From the NCBI GenBank assembly GCA_043228905.1, contig JBHGNT010000010.1, positions 20,212,001-20,276,000 on the forward strand: a stretch of 64,000 nucleotides of DNA, in the 5' to 3' direction. The DNA is from Azolla caroliniana. Its lineage: Eukaryota > Plantae > Polypodiophyta. Positions 25,641 to 37,800 of the stretch are shown here, piece after piece. The first letter of the stretch is position 1. Every line of letters begins with the position of its first letter. Under the pieces are notes generated by a model. It was given only the letters and a program-made list of their open reading frames with translations. It did no database searches and was not told where the DNA came from. The position numbers were made by a program, and so were the translations under genes.

Positions 25641-28600
25641 CTATGGCAATTGTGTATATGTACAAATACATAAGTAATTGGTATCACAAATACATGGAAT
25701 GTTGTATAATTCGGCTTGACTAAAGATTCCTATATAATAGCTATGTTTTGAAAACAATGTTGAATTGGTAGTATAATTTCGGAAAAGCCCTCATAAATAA
25801 GGTAGATTTTGAAGAAGGTCAAGTTTTTTGTTTTACTAGTCTTTCACATATCGTAAATGCTAAGTGACTCCTTTATAGAATGTAAACGTTCACAATTTGC
25901 CATTTTGTTGAAAACATCGAGCAGTTGTAGAATGTGATTTATACTCTATGTTGTCTTGCTTATTCATCTCTTTATGGATAATTAAAGCTCAAATCCGAAT
26001 CTTAGATCCCAATTTCTTTACTAGATCATATCCTTAGGGATGAATTGTTTAGTGCTAAAAATAATGCATTCTTGTTGCCAAGTTTAGTATTAAAAAGTTA
26101 ACACCTTATATTCAAGTGTACTAAATATTTCTCGTTCACAATGCCTAGAACAAACTCCCAAATGCAAACTATAAAAGTGAAGCAACTCTAAGCCTAGAGG
26201 GGAGGTATAACAAGGAGTTAACGACAATTTAGATTCCTTAAAAGCACCTACTAGGAAAAGTACAGCTTACTAACTTTTCAATTTTTGGGTCAGAGCTCAT
26301 CATGTAAACCTCGAGCTACGCCCAAAGCTCGAGACCTAAAGCTCAAGGTGAAACTGAAAGCTTAGAACCTAAAGCTCAGGCCCACAGAAAGAAAATTTGC
26401 CTACACATTTAATTTTCTAAATACACGTGAATTCACATACCTCTGTCATGACCCCATACACACGTACATACTAAAAATTTATCAATAAGAAAACAAAACA
26501 AGTAAATAATGATAAAGATGTATCAAAGGAAAACTCCATGGGGAGATATGCTCAAATTTAGACCCACCCTAACCTTAGACAATGAACCTAATATGCTACA
26601 GCTAGAGGAGGGGTCTAGGAATAGGAATAAGGCATATGGTGGTTGGTTGACACCCAAAGTAGCGTCCGAATTAGATTTAAATAAGAATCGACAAGCATGC
26701 ATGCCTGATTTGCACGCCTACTAGACCAATTTCTATAATCAATTTTAATAGATGACCAGCCTACGCTTAACCTGTTAAAAATTAACATGTGTAGCTAGCT
26801 TCACTAATAGAGTGTCGACATTATCTCAAGATGTCGTACAAAAGGGGGTGACTAATCCCCTTTATATAGCTCAACACCTCAACCTAACTATGAAGAGTAT
26901 TGTAATGAAGAACTCATGAGAGCAATAAACTTTAGACCTAACTATCTTTTATGCATCTTTGCAACTTTGAACGTGAGTATCCATTATTTTTGTTGTATAT
27001 GGACAAGTCACAAGAGCAACAAACTTTTGGAGACTTAGTTAGTCTCTTCAACATGATAACTTTTTCTTTTCTTTTTTTTCCAAGAAAAATTAGCTTCCCA
27101 TTAGTTAGGTGAATTGCATATACAGATCAGGCTATGTACACTCTAAGTATCTATAGATACGCTATTGTTTAATGGTCACTTTCATATATATTTGGCTATC
27201 ATTGTGTGACACCTTATATCAAAAAAGGGCGGCAATCGTTGTCTACATAATAGCAAGCAACTGCATGACAAAAGTTGTTATTTTTCAACAAGCATTAAAA
27301 CATAACTAGCAAGCTTCTAAACGTAGCTAGACATTGATATCACTGAAAACAATATGGGTGATTTGCTGGCCATTGTAATAAAGTTATAAAAATCAATCTA
27401 TTCTAGTGTTATAAAAACATGAGTAGTTTATTAAATGTTATCCTATGTACGTTATCTCCTTGTGAGAACATATGTTAAAACATGTACGCTTCGATAACAT
27501 ATTTCTCTCATATTTTTGTGCTTCTAACCATTGTGAATAAGTGAAATAGTGAAGCAAACTTATGAATCATGATGTTAAATCATTTCCATGATTGTAAATT
27601 GTACGTCAATAGTTGCATAACTTAGCGTGCACACTTATCTTTTCTATATAGAATATATATGTATATTTCATGGAGTTTGCTACCATGGAATTTGCTCTTG
27701 TCCCTTACATTGCAACAAAAGCAATTGAAATCTTCTATTCAAGACATTAAGTTTAACAGAGACACACCCACATCTTTCACCCGTTCCACAACAAACAACC
27801 AATTGATTACTGGAATCCTCTTGCTTAGAGTAAACTTGCTAATTGAGCATGAGTTTTGATATTATGATTGCTAGTTTTATAAGTATTAAATCTAGCTTTC
27901 AAATATGAAAATTATAGAATGATATGCAGTAACATCATACAATTGAGTTTGATCAATACATTAGTGCTCACCTCTCTTTGCTACTAAAGCTTGCAATTAA
28001 GTATGCTACGGAAAAGTTATAATATTGATGCAAAAATGCTACTTATTTGAACAAGTTATAATATTGAGATATTTAATTCACCATTTGCAATAAGAAACAT
28101 TAATGTCAATCATTGATAACTTGAGAAAGTTATGAATTTGATCTTTATTTTGTTCCTTGTAATGAGATTCATTAGTTGCTTATTGCTTCCCAACTTTTGT
28201 ACCTTGAATCATAAAGGATACGATTTTCCATTGAGCTCGAAATATAACAACTTCAAACAAGATGTTGGCTCATTTATAGCATTATACAATGATTAATGAC
28301 CTAACAAATCCCTAAAATAGAGTGTTGGCAACAAAACAAATCTTTACATACATTGTACTTGGTGGAGTATCATTTTACTTTGCATGCATGTAGTTTGTCA
28401 TGTTAGATGATGCTCTACACCCATACATTGTGTGTGTAGTGCACCATATTAACTGCCCTACATGCCTAAACATAAAACATTCTAGCCACATCTATTTGTC
28501 ATTCTATCCACAGATAGAAATATAAATCACATCGATGATGTTAATGCCATGTATGTGATGTCTCCTAATTTGGGGTCCATCATGTCGATGTCTTAAATTA

Positions 28601-28754
28601 TAACACACACGGATCAAGATGAGGGAAAGAATTACATTTATGAGTCAATTTCCCATACGATCATTCATGGATAAGTGTCAATCAGGAGACACCAGTTACA
28701 ATGACAATCTCTCTTTGTGTTATATGAGATGTTTATACACGGTTGATGATGTCA

Positions 28755-28996
28755 TTCATCATGCACATGTGCTCCATACCTTCTTCATACACATTCCTTT
28801 CTATGTAAGTCTAGCTATGCACACCCAAATCCATGGACCATGGTCATATAATATTATTCCCTAGTCGTTCATCATGCACATGTGCTCCATACCTTCTTCA
28901 TACACATTCCTTTCTATGTAAGTCTAGGTACACATCTATGTAAGTCTAGCTATGCACATCCAAATCCATGCACCATGGTCATATAATATTATTCCC
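28755..28996. repeat. Near-identical ~110-bp tandem duplication
   Basis: ttcatcatgcacatgtgctccataccttcttcatacacattcctttctatgtaagtctag..ccatggtcatataatattattccc at 28755 and at 28868; the second copy carries a small internal re-duplication. Confidence 0.9.
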
Positions 28997-29199
28997 TTCA
29001 CATGAAACAAGAGCTCACCATATCCATCACCACAACCATGTCCATATTATGTTTAAAAGAAAAACAAAACAAATACAACATGCACCATGCACCATGCACC
29101 ATGCACCATTTCAGAAATGAAAGAAAAGAGGCGTTCGAAATGAGAAATGAAAGGATATCGTACGGTACATTCTTAGCATGATTTTCTTGTTTATTGTGA

Positions 29200-29600
29200 A
29201 AAGAGAAAGGATAGTTTAGCGGCTTGTATCCACACCCATGAGTGAGATTCCGCCCATCAAACATCCACCCAACTTTCAGATGTTCTTCCTAAACAACCAA
29301 GACCATGTCATATGGATTGGCATCATAATCACATCACTAGCACCATTCTTTTTGAACGATGTGATTCCCCATTTGAATCTATGTGTGAGGGCAAGGGAGA
29401 GAACTCGGCCGAATGTGAAAGCGGAAATGGATCGAGATCCTTCTAAGGTAGAAATGAGGTTCAAATTTCCCTTGTCGCCCGAGGATGCTTCTTTGGGTTC
29501 CAATGTCACCAAAGCAAACTTGGACGGAAACAAAGACAACAACAATTCCCGTGCACTCGGTCACACTTATTTGATTAGGGTGCAATCTTTATGCCTAGTA
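29200..29600 (-). pseudogene. Truncated, diverged pseudogene copy of the second domain of the adjacent Dabb gene
   Basis: FALVTLEPKEASSGDKGNLNLISTLEGSRSISAFTFG..RFKWG aligns with VAFVSWAPQASSQELISNLISTLGYSDQMAAFTFG..GFEWG of 32323-33033. No first domain is seen upstream. Boundaries are approximate. Confidence 0.75.
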
Positions 29601-31263
29601 AGAGTCTTCCATCTTCGGATCTAGCAAAGAGGACACGGGTCCACTTACCATCATTGTGTTTTCCATTTTTATTGTTTTATCTTCTCTCCAATCATGATTT
29701 ACATTGGTAAATCCAGATTAGTTAGCCCTAGTCTAGTATTCACATTTTTTTAATGTTCATCCGCTCTTTATTTTTCACCTCATGTGAATTAGTCAGAATA
29801 TAGTGGTTAATCATTTTCAAAATCCATTATGTAACGTTAAATCTAGTCATAATTATCAACGATGGCTAATTGATATCAAATATATTCTCTTCCCAATGAA
29901 GAGACTCAAGTGTACCTAAGAAGAATTTCATTTAAAAGGCTCTTTAAAGTTTGAATATAGACAAGCATACAAGCTCACCCATCACCCTAATTGTGTAGAG
30001 CTCAAGGTTAGCCATTGTGTTGAGGATTAAAACCTTACACAAACTGTTACATGTTGCAATTTAAAAACTTGAACATAAAACTTCCACGTAGAGCTCATTC
30101 CGATAGTTGTGTTGGGATTTAAGAACTTCAGACATCAACTACCACACAAAGATCATCCTCAACCAAAAAGTCCAATAAATCGTGTTCAGTTTGAAAAACT
30201 CAATAAAAACTATTGCGTAGAGAGTCTCTAAATCATCCTATAGAGCCCACTTGAACCATCTGTGTGAAGGTTTATGAATCATTGTGTGGAAACAATCAAC
30301 AACTCTCATCATAAAGAATCAAGTCCTAGTGTTTGTAACCAATAAGGAAACACCTTAGTGTCTTTTTCTTTTGTTCTTGTCCCTTGGATTTCAACCAAAA
30401 GAGATTAAAAATTCATGTTAAACTCTATAAGTCTACTTTTTTTCCATGACCACCATATCTTTCATCCGTTCTCAACAAACAATCAATTGATGACTTCAAT
30501 CACGTTGTGTGGAGTAAACTTGGCAATTGAGTATGAGTTTTGATATTATGATTGCTGCATGAAACTATCAAATCTAGCTTTCCAACATGAAAATTACAGA
30601 AGAGATGAGATAATGTCATGCAGTCATGTTTTGATAATAACATATGTTGTTTCACCACTCTTTAACATTGCTTTTGTACATCCATAAATATGCGACAACA
30701 ACTGGGCGGTGGAACAAAATCCCCAGCCCAAGGAAAAAGCATGGCCTTTAAACCATTATTATCCTTAATGTCAACCATTGAGTACTTGAACAAACTATAA
30801 AATTGATCTTTATTTAGTTCCTTACGATGAGAAACAACAATCACTTATTGTCCTTGATGCCAATCATCGATAACTTAAAATTTTTGACATTTATTACTTC
30901 CATGCAATGTGGTAGCTTATTGTTTCCCACTTTTGTTATTTGAAGAATAAAGGATACAGACTTTATTGAGGTTGAAATGTGCCACCTTCCAACAAGATGT
31001 TGAGTCATTTACACTATTACAAGTCGATTAATGCCCTAAAAAATATCCAAATAAAGATGTTGGCAACATAAGGATCCAACTGCATCCCAAAAACGTTGCT
31101 TTGGTTGTTTATAACTATTTTATTATAGGCGATGTGAGATGTTTATATTTAGATGTTATATGCATGAACAATGTCTAAGTTCATGTCAAGCCATAATGCC
31201 TTCAACAACTTGGTGCACTATCTATTTACTTTAGATGCATGTAGTTGGTCATATTAGATGATG

Positions 31264-31298
<35 letters not shown>

Positions 31299-31371
31299 TA
31301 GATAGATAGATATTGTGTATAGCATGTTGTATTAGATGGCACGTCCCATACATTAATGCATACTATTACAT

Positions 31372-31735
31372 ATCGAACTAATGATGAGCAAACGAAGAAG
31401 AGATTAATGAGCAAAGGACATGAGACAAACATAAAATACCATCAATGTCCCATACCACCAAATATTATCTTATGTTATAATTCGTTATACTTAAATAACG
31501 GATCTGGAGAAGAGGTACAATAGAAACTCAAATAGTGTCTCAATATATCATAACAAAGGGGTGCCTAGTCCCCTTTATATAGCTCAACACCTAAGGTTAG
31601 CACACCACCCACGTGTTCCCATGTGTCATGAGTCTATATGGGTTTGTCTGAGTTTTAGGATAATCTGTTTCCCGACTATCTTACCCTCAACCCGTTAAAA
31701 TTAGCTATAGAATTGGTTCATAAGGTTATGCCTAT
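31372..31735 (-). mobile_element. Dispersed repeat, probable LTR remnant (further copies at ~47612-48005 and partially ~26820-26885)
   Basis: Shared blocks cgaactaatgatgag..aagagattaa..aaggacatgagacaaacata..taccatcaa, ccctttatatagct (TATA-like on the minus strand) and ttaaaattag..tagaatt..gttatgcct. The LTR identity is inferred. Confidence 0.55.
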
Positions 31736-32322
31736 ATATAATCATTCTATCCACATGTGTATAAATCTAAATCACATCGGTGATGTGCTACGCCATCTAT
31801 GCATCGTCTCCTACAATGGACTCTATATTGTTGAAGTCATAGATTGTATCACACAAGGAATGACAGAGATCCACGATTCAAAATCCCACATGATCTTCCA
31901 TGGATTACTGCCAATCAAAAGAAGACATTGACTACGAGGACAAGGTACTCTTCATGTTAACCAGAGGCCAAGAAGAGAGAAATTTTCATTCTCTTAATGA
32001 CATCCGATGAGACGAGTTCAGATCTTGCATCTTATATAATAATCATTTGATTTCTGAGCCTTTCAACAAGCTAGATGTCTAGATCATGGTGCACATGCTG
32101 CATAGCTTTGCATAACATTCTTTTACATGCAAGAATAGCTAATAACATCAAAATCCATGATCATATATTCCCTTCACATAACCATTACCATATATTTCAA
32201 GAAAGAAAAACAGATGAAAACATACACCATTTCCAGAATTAAAAGAAAGAGGCAGTCGAAAATGGATGGAAGGATATCCTACCTTACTCAAACCCCTTTG
32301 TTTGTTAAAGAGGAGGATTTGT

Positions 32323-33033
32323 CTACATACTGGCAGCAAGTCCATGCATCGGCGAGAATTCAACCAGCAAGAACTTCTCAACTTCTGGCCTTTGCATCAA
32401 AAGGTGAAAGGCATCGTAGCCATTTCGATGGCCCTCCTCATCCCCATCACTATTGTCGAAGAAAGCAAATCCCCATTCGAATCCACGGGCACGGGCAGGC
32501 GAGAAATTCGGGCCGAATGTGAAAGCGGCCATTTGGTCCGAATACCCTAAGGTAGAAATTAGGTTAGAAATTAGCTCCTGGGAAGATGCTTGGGGTGCCC
32601 AGCTCACAAAAGCAACCCAAGAAGGCGAAGAAGAAACTGATGATGCTAATGTTGGCGATATGGCGGGCGGTCTTCTCCCATCCTCCTCTGATGGCCATTC
32701 AGATGATGACAAGGGAATTGTGGGAGGTTTCATGCTGGCTACCCAGTCCATGGCCATGACTTCAGAGAAGAGGTTGGTCCCGCGGGCAACCGCACTTATG
32801 TGATCAGGATGCACTGCATAAGCTTGCAGAGAATCTTTGTCCTTGTATCGAGCATAGAGGGCATGAGTCCAATCGCCATGATTAGGTTTGCAAGAAGGAA
32901 GATGTCCCACATGAAGGTGAATGACCCCTTGTAGGTTTCTAAGACCTCTCAGCCCAGAAGCCCATGATTCTATATCCGTGTGAGACGCCCCTTGGACTGA
33001 TTTGAAGAGAACAACATGCTCTACTACCTCCAT
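32323..33033 (-). CDS. Stress-responsive A/B barrel (Dabb) double-domain protein, intronless, 236 aa (UP3/DABB1-like)
   Basis: VEHVVLFK..LRGLRNLQGVIHLHVG..WTHALYARYKDKDSLQAYAVHPDH..VMAMDW is a canonical Dabb domain. A second domain contains FTFGPNFSPARARGFEWGF. Confidence 0.9.
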   Translation of the reverse strand: MEVVEHVVLFKSVQGASHTDIESWASGLRGLRNLQGVIHLHVGHLPSCKPNHGDWTHALYARYKDKDSLQAYAVHPDHISAVARGTNLFSEVMAMDWVASMKPPTIPLSSSEWPSEEDGRRPPAISPTLASSVSSSPSWVAFVSWAPQASSQELISNLISTLGYSDQMAAFTFGPNFSPARARGFEWGFAFFDNSDGDEEGHRNGYDAFHLLMQRPEVEKFLLVEFSPMHGLAASM

Positions 33034-33647
33034 AGCTACTACTATGCGGCTGCAGCTGCTTCTTCTTCTTCTTCTTCTTCTGGCCTTTCGCGTGGATCAA
33101 TCCATTCTTTGAATGGCCATATTAACAAGTTAGAAACATTTACAAAACTAGTCCCTGAGTCCTCTTCGTTCTTGTTAAATCTTATAAGCTCTCCCAATTC
33201 TCATCATTGGACGGGCCGTCTTCATTGATCCACATAGCAATCAATATAGTTGTAATCTGTACTAGAGTTAAAAGTATGATCAAGCATTCGAAACCAACCA
33301 AGGAACTAACGATATCTCATTATTGCCATGAAACTAGCACACTTTAAGAAGGGTAAGCCATGCCCGACTTTTTGTGATAATTCCTAGATTGGATTTTTGG
33401 CAGTTACTACAACCCAATTACATTAGATTTCTATGTTGCTCTACTCATTGTTGAATTTTGGTTGTTCTGTTTTGGTGCCTAAGAAATAGACTTGCTAGAT
33501 TTGTGCATTTGTAGAGCTCACACAATTGACAAGTGAATTATTTCAAGGAAGCATGTTGACACGAATTCATAAAAGAAAATGAGTGGACAGTTTAACAAAT
33601 TATGAAAGAAAAATGGATGATGAGGCTACTACTCAGAATATAGTAGT

Positions 33648-34110
33648 GAGCAAGACATTGACTTTTGATTCAAAATCAAGAAAGAAAGGGTTTAAAGTTT
33701 TCCTTTCGCAGTAAAACTATTGAGCTAAGCTATAGTGATCCAGATCTCACATATGCAAGACTTACTGCGGAGATCTTCTAAGATCAACAGATAGCTTCCC
33801 AAAGTTGACTTCCAACATAAGAGCGAACAAGACATTGACTTTAAATTGAAAATCAAGTAAGGATTTAAATAGATAGCTTCCCAAAGTTGATTTCCAACAT
33901 AAGAAAAGTTGAAAATCAAGTAAGGGTTTAAATAGATAGCTTCCCAAAGTTGATTTCCAACATAAGAGTGAACAAGACATTGATTTAAAGTTCAAATCAT
34001 GAAACTATTGACCCATGCCATAGTGATCCAGATTTCACATATGCAAGACTTGGATTCCGAGGACATCTTCTGAGATCGATAGTTTTCCAAAAGTTCATTT
34101 ACAACATAAG
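33648..34110. repeat. Nested tandem repeat array with core gatagcttcccaaagttga(t/c)ttccaacataag
   Basis: Core at ~33790, ~33872, ~33934 and, degenerate, ~34078. An outer repeat atagtgatccagat(c/t)tcacatatgcaagactt occurs at 33732 and 34020. Confidence 0.9.
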
Positions 34111-34818
34111 ACTGCTGTGAACATTAGCACAAGTACTCCACAAATGTAAATAATGTTCCGTTTTCACATTGATAGTTGACAATCACGCATCCATGGAAGA
34201 AATATCTCTAAAACGAATCAAGCAAATTAACCTTTCAAAAGACACTGTGCATTATTTTAAGAGGTGCCAAAGTGAAACCTTTGTGCTTGATATAATAAGC
34301 AAGAACAAACAACTTGTCACTCCCATCAATCTCTAATGAAGGGGTAGGAGCACCTCAATTTGTTCAAGTTTGTCCATTTTATCATAAATTTATTGAAGCG
34401 TATACTAGGGATCCACAGAAGTTCCCATACAACCATGAAATTCTCTGGTTTAAGACTCCTCTAATTTGACATAGTCTAGTCAAAGATTGTCCAAAAATAT
34501 TTATGACTGATTATTTTAGTTTAGATCAATAGATTATATCTATTATCAGACAATCAGTTCCTTCAGTTGCAAAATCAGGAAATGAAATTTTGATTTTCAT
34601 TTCGTGCACACCTGCTCTTGACACAAGATGAACAAAACATATACGATAATTTTCATGGTTCCCATTAATGACAGGCATACAGCATCCAGAACAATGTTAC
34701 AATATATCAAAAATAAGGTGTCCAAGTGTCTAGCCTCTCAAAATATTTCGCTACTAAATCAAAACTAACCATTTGTGGTAGTAAAACATCAACAAATCTT
34801 TGTAATTGAAAGAGTTTG

Positions 34819-37800
34819 TTAGACACCAAATGACATCCGACTTGCGAGCCTGCTTTCCAATATCCTTTTATCGATCGCAGCATCAACAGAATTCATCTGT
34901 GAAGCAAAACCATTAATATAATCAGCAGCAGCAGAAAGCCATGTATGAATATTAAACACATGATATTAAAAATGTAATGAAATAAGTTAAAACTTCAGAA
35001 ATCCGAACAATATTTCCTGACCTGTAACAAGAGCCATTGCCAGTTACAATAAGATTAGCAGGAAACACTGGAGTAGTATGTGGGAAGCCAAAACCATTTT
35101 CGGTTTTCCATAGGGTTTCCATGGCAGATTATAAAAAGAAGGATAACAAACACACTCAAAACCCTCTACAGACTGGTGTCACCTTTAACCCATGCACACA
35201 TATCACAAATGTAGAATATACCCATATACAGAAGTTTTTGTGACCATACATATAAATATCAGTCTATTCGACCAAATTTTTAGAGTACCCTAGTATGGGG
35301 CTCTAATTTGAGAAACATCTTGAATTGTCGTGAAGCACAAAGTGATACGTGGAATTCCATCCCTTCTAATAATAACTCAGTAGGAACAATCAGACAGTTG
35401 AGGAATCTTGTACCTAACAACCCTAATCAAGAGGTACTTACAGGAAGCGATTAGCCCATCTAAATCGTGCTAACCACAATTGACAGGAAGCAAGGTGAGG
35501 CTTACCTGGAATGCTTCATCATGCACCTGATACCTTGGAAGTAAAAGCCTACGTTCTTCCTGGAATCATTATAAACACGGTCAGTTGAAAAACATAGCAA
35601 CCATAGCAATATTTCAGGATGTAAAATGGCTCACCATAGACATTGCTTCATCATCCCATACAAGGTAGACCTCATTAGCTGTAGTTTGACCAGGTGCTTT
35701 ATTTGAGATCACAGGAGGTGGACCAATGCAAGCAGCTCCAGTGTTAGGTGCTGCAGCATAACTGTGTTGACCAGAAACAGCAGATGCAGCCACAACACCT
35801 ATTTCCTCAAACAAAGAGAAATTTAATAGAGAAGACACCAGTTTTAAACTAAAGTCTACTTTGAAAAAATAAAAATGCCAACAGAATCTCATCTATTTAG
35901 GAACGTAAAACAAACTCTCTGCTAACCTCTTTGCTCTTTTGACAAGAACCAGGGCACAAAAAAGTTAGAGTTGAGCAAAGCCATTCTTACAGGCATTCAC
36001 CTAGAACATCAGTTGGAGGCAAAAAGTAACTTTGCACATACCTTCACGACGTTGATGGTAAGGGTCTAGCCTGCAAGTGCACCAAATATGCTGATATTTG
36101 TGATGCAATGCTTGTGTTATAAATGTAGGTGTACACATGTAAAAACTGCTGAAAACTTATATAAGTCTATTTCCAAATGGCTATTTTTAAACTTCAAACT
36201 CCTGGTCCTATGATCAAATAAGAATCAAAATCCACAAATCGGATAATGCTTTGAGCTTTGAAGGTTGATCTTGGAGTTGTCAATTTCACAATGTTTTCAC
36301 TTCCTCCAAGACATAAATGATGGAGAGAAGCTAATGCTAATTCAAATAAAGACCAAAAACAACCAAGGATGTGAAAAAGTCAACATGAAGAGAGAAAACA
36401 AAATCTCTGGTAAAAAAAACATGGAAAGGGAAAAAAATAAAAGAATTATATGACTACATCTAGAAGCTATAAGTCATGGAATCATCCAGGAATGGATATA
36501 GGCTTCTAAAACAAAGATGATGGATAAGTTTCTATCACACAAATATGATGGCAAATGAAGCCATGGTGTAAGGCTCGTAACCGGTCAATGAGAACAGAAA
36601 GGAACATACACCAACAAACAAATCAAGAGGTGTTTGCAGCATCGAATCTGCTTACCACTATTCAAGTAAAGGTACCACAAAACCCCTTACTTGTTTTTGC
36701 TAGTTTCACATCTATCCAAAAGTGGCCAAAATATGGTTAGATACACTTCTCAACATGCTAGTAAAATCTAACGCAACACTTTAAGCTGTTGCACAAGTAT
36801 TGTCTAACATTCTTTCCCTAAACCCTAAACTATTACTTTTTCTGTATTCTAAGGCAGCAACATATGGTTGTATAAACCTCTCGATCAGGAGTTCCCGTGC
36901 ATCCTAAAGTGTTGCATATGTATTGCCTTAATTTTATCCCTAAATCCTGCAAAATAAAGCCTTACTTTTTTGCAAGTTTTGCATCTATCGTCCATGAGTT
37001 TTTGCACATTCATAAGGTGTTGCAAATGTATATCGCCTTCATTATAAGACGGGAGTTTGAATTTCATACAACAACCCAGCATGCAACTTCATACACAATC
37101 TGCAAGGCTACGTCACATCTTGAAATTGCCTAGCTTTCAATAGTGCAGTTTTTATCTTTGTCCAGCTTAAGGAGGGTGAAACTATCAACATTACCATGCA
37201 TAGTCCAGAGTCTACACAAACAACTGTGCCCTCAACCCTGACTCATGTTCTCAGTTAAGACTAGAAGTGTCCGGGCATGTAGTTCAACAATTACATCAGT
37301 AAAGAAGTTATAATCTTTGCAAGTAGCATCCCGTGTTTCTTCATTTGTCTCATGGGTGCTCAGCCAAGTTTCAAGAACTGCATGAATATGTACACCTACG
37401 ACAATACATCGGTTATCTTTTCAAGTTAACTGAATCGCACAGAATTTTGTTCATGATGTGGATATATAACTCAACATAATTAGCATTGTCAATCATTTTA
37501 GTTATTATTAAGCGTGCTACTTTCATCTCCCTCTTATAAAAATAAAAAGTTCAACTATCACACAAAAAGCTCTCCTAAATGAAAAGACTCTCACAGTTCA
37601 AATATTTCTGTAGTTTTGGTTTGAAACACCTTGATGCATTATATGATCTCGTTGACAAGTTGTTCACGGGGAAGCTTAAGACAGGAAACAAGCTGTTCAC
37701 GAGGAAGCATTGCATAACTTCATCGTTCCTCAAGATAGAAAACAAGGCAAAAAACTCATTAATCTTGACCAAGCTTACCTGGAAGAGCCTGAGGATGTGA

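Larger units (their letters stand above)
27765..29620. repeat. Old diverged direct duplicate of ~30450-32620 (3' half and downstream flank of the Dabb gene)
   Basis: Colinear matches: 27770 catctttcacccgttccacaacaaacaaccaattgat..gagtaaacttg..atgagttttgatattatgattgct vs 30455; 28500 attctatccaca..aaatcacatcg vs 31744; 29100 caccatttcagaaatgaaagaaaagaggc vs 32225; 29407 cggccgaatgtgaaagcgg vs 32510. Confidence 0.8.

Noticed and set aside
32453-32803. Antisense ORFs overlapping the Dabb gene (and similar ones over HEXO, SUF4, WAC-DDT and MA3 exons)
   Set aside because: These are shadow ORFs of real coding sequence on the opposite strand or in another frame.
1091-33033. Biosynthetic gene cluster (isomerase + glycosidase + Dabb cyclase-like)
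   Set aside because: IIL1 and HEXO look like ordinary conserved housekeeping genes, and no scaffold-forming enzyme or pathway logic links them.
33780-34110. CRISPR-like array (32-bp repeats with 30-50 bp gaps)
   Set aside because: The gaps are themselves related to each other, there are no cas genes, and the context is a plant nuclear locus.
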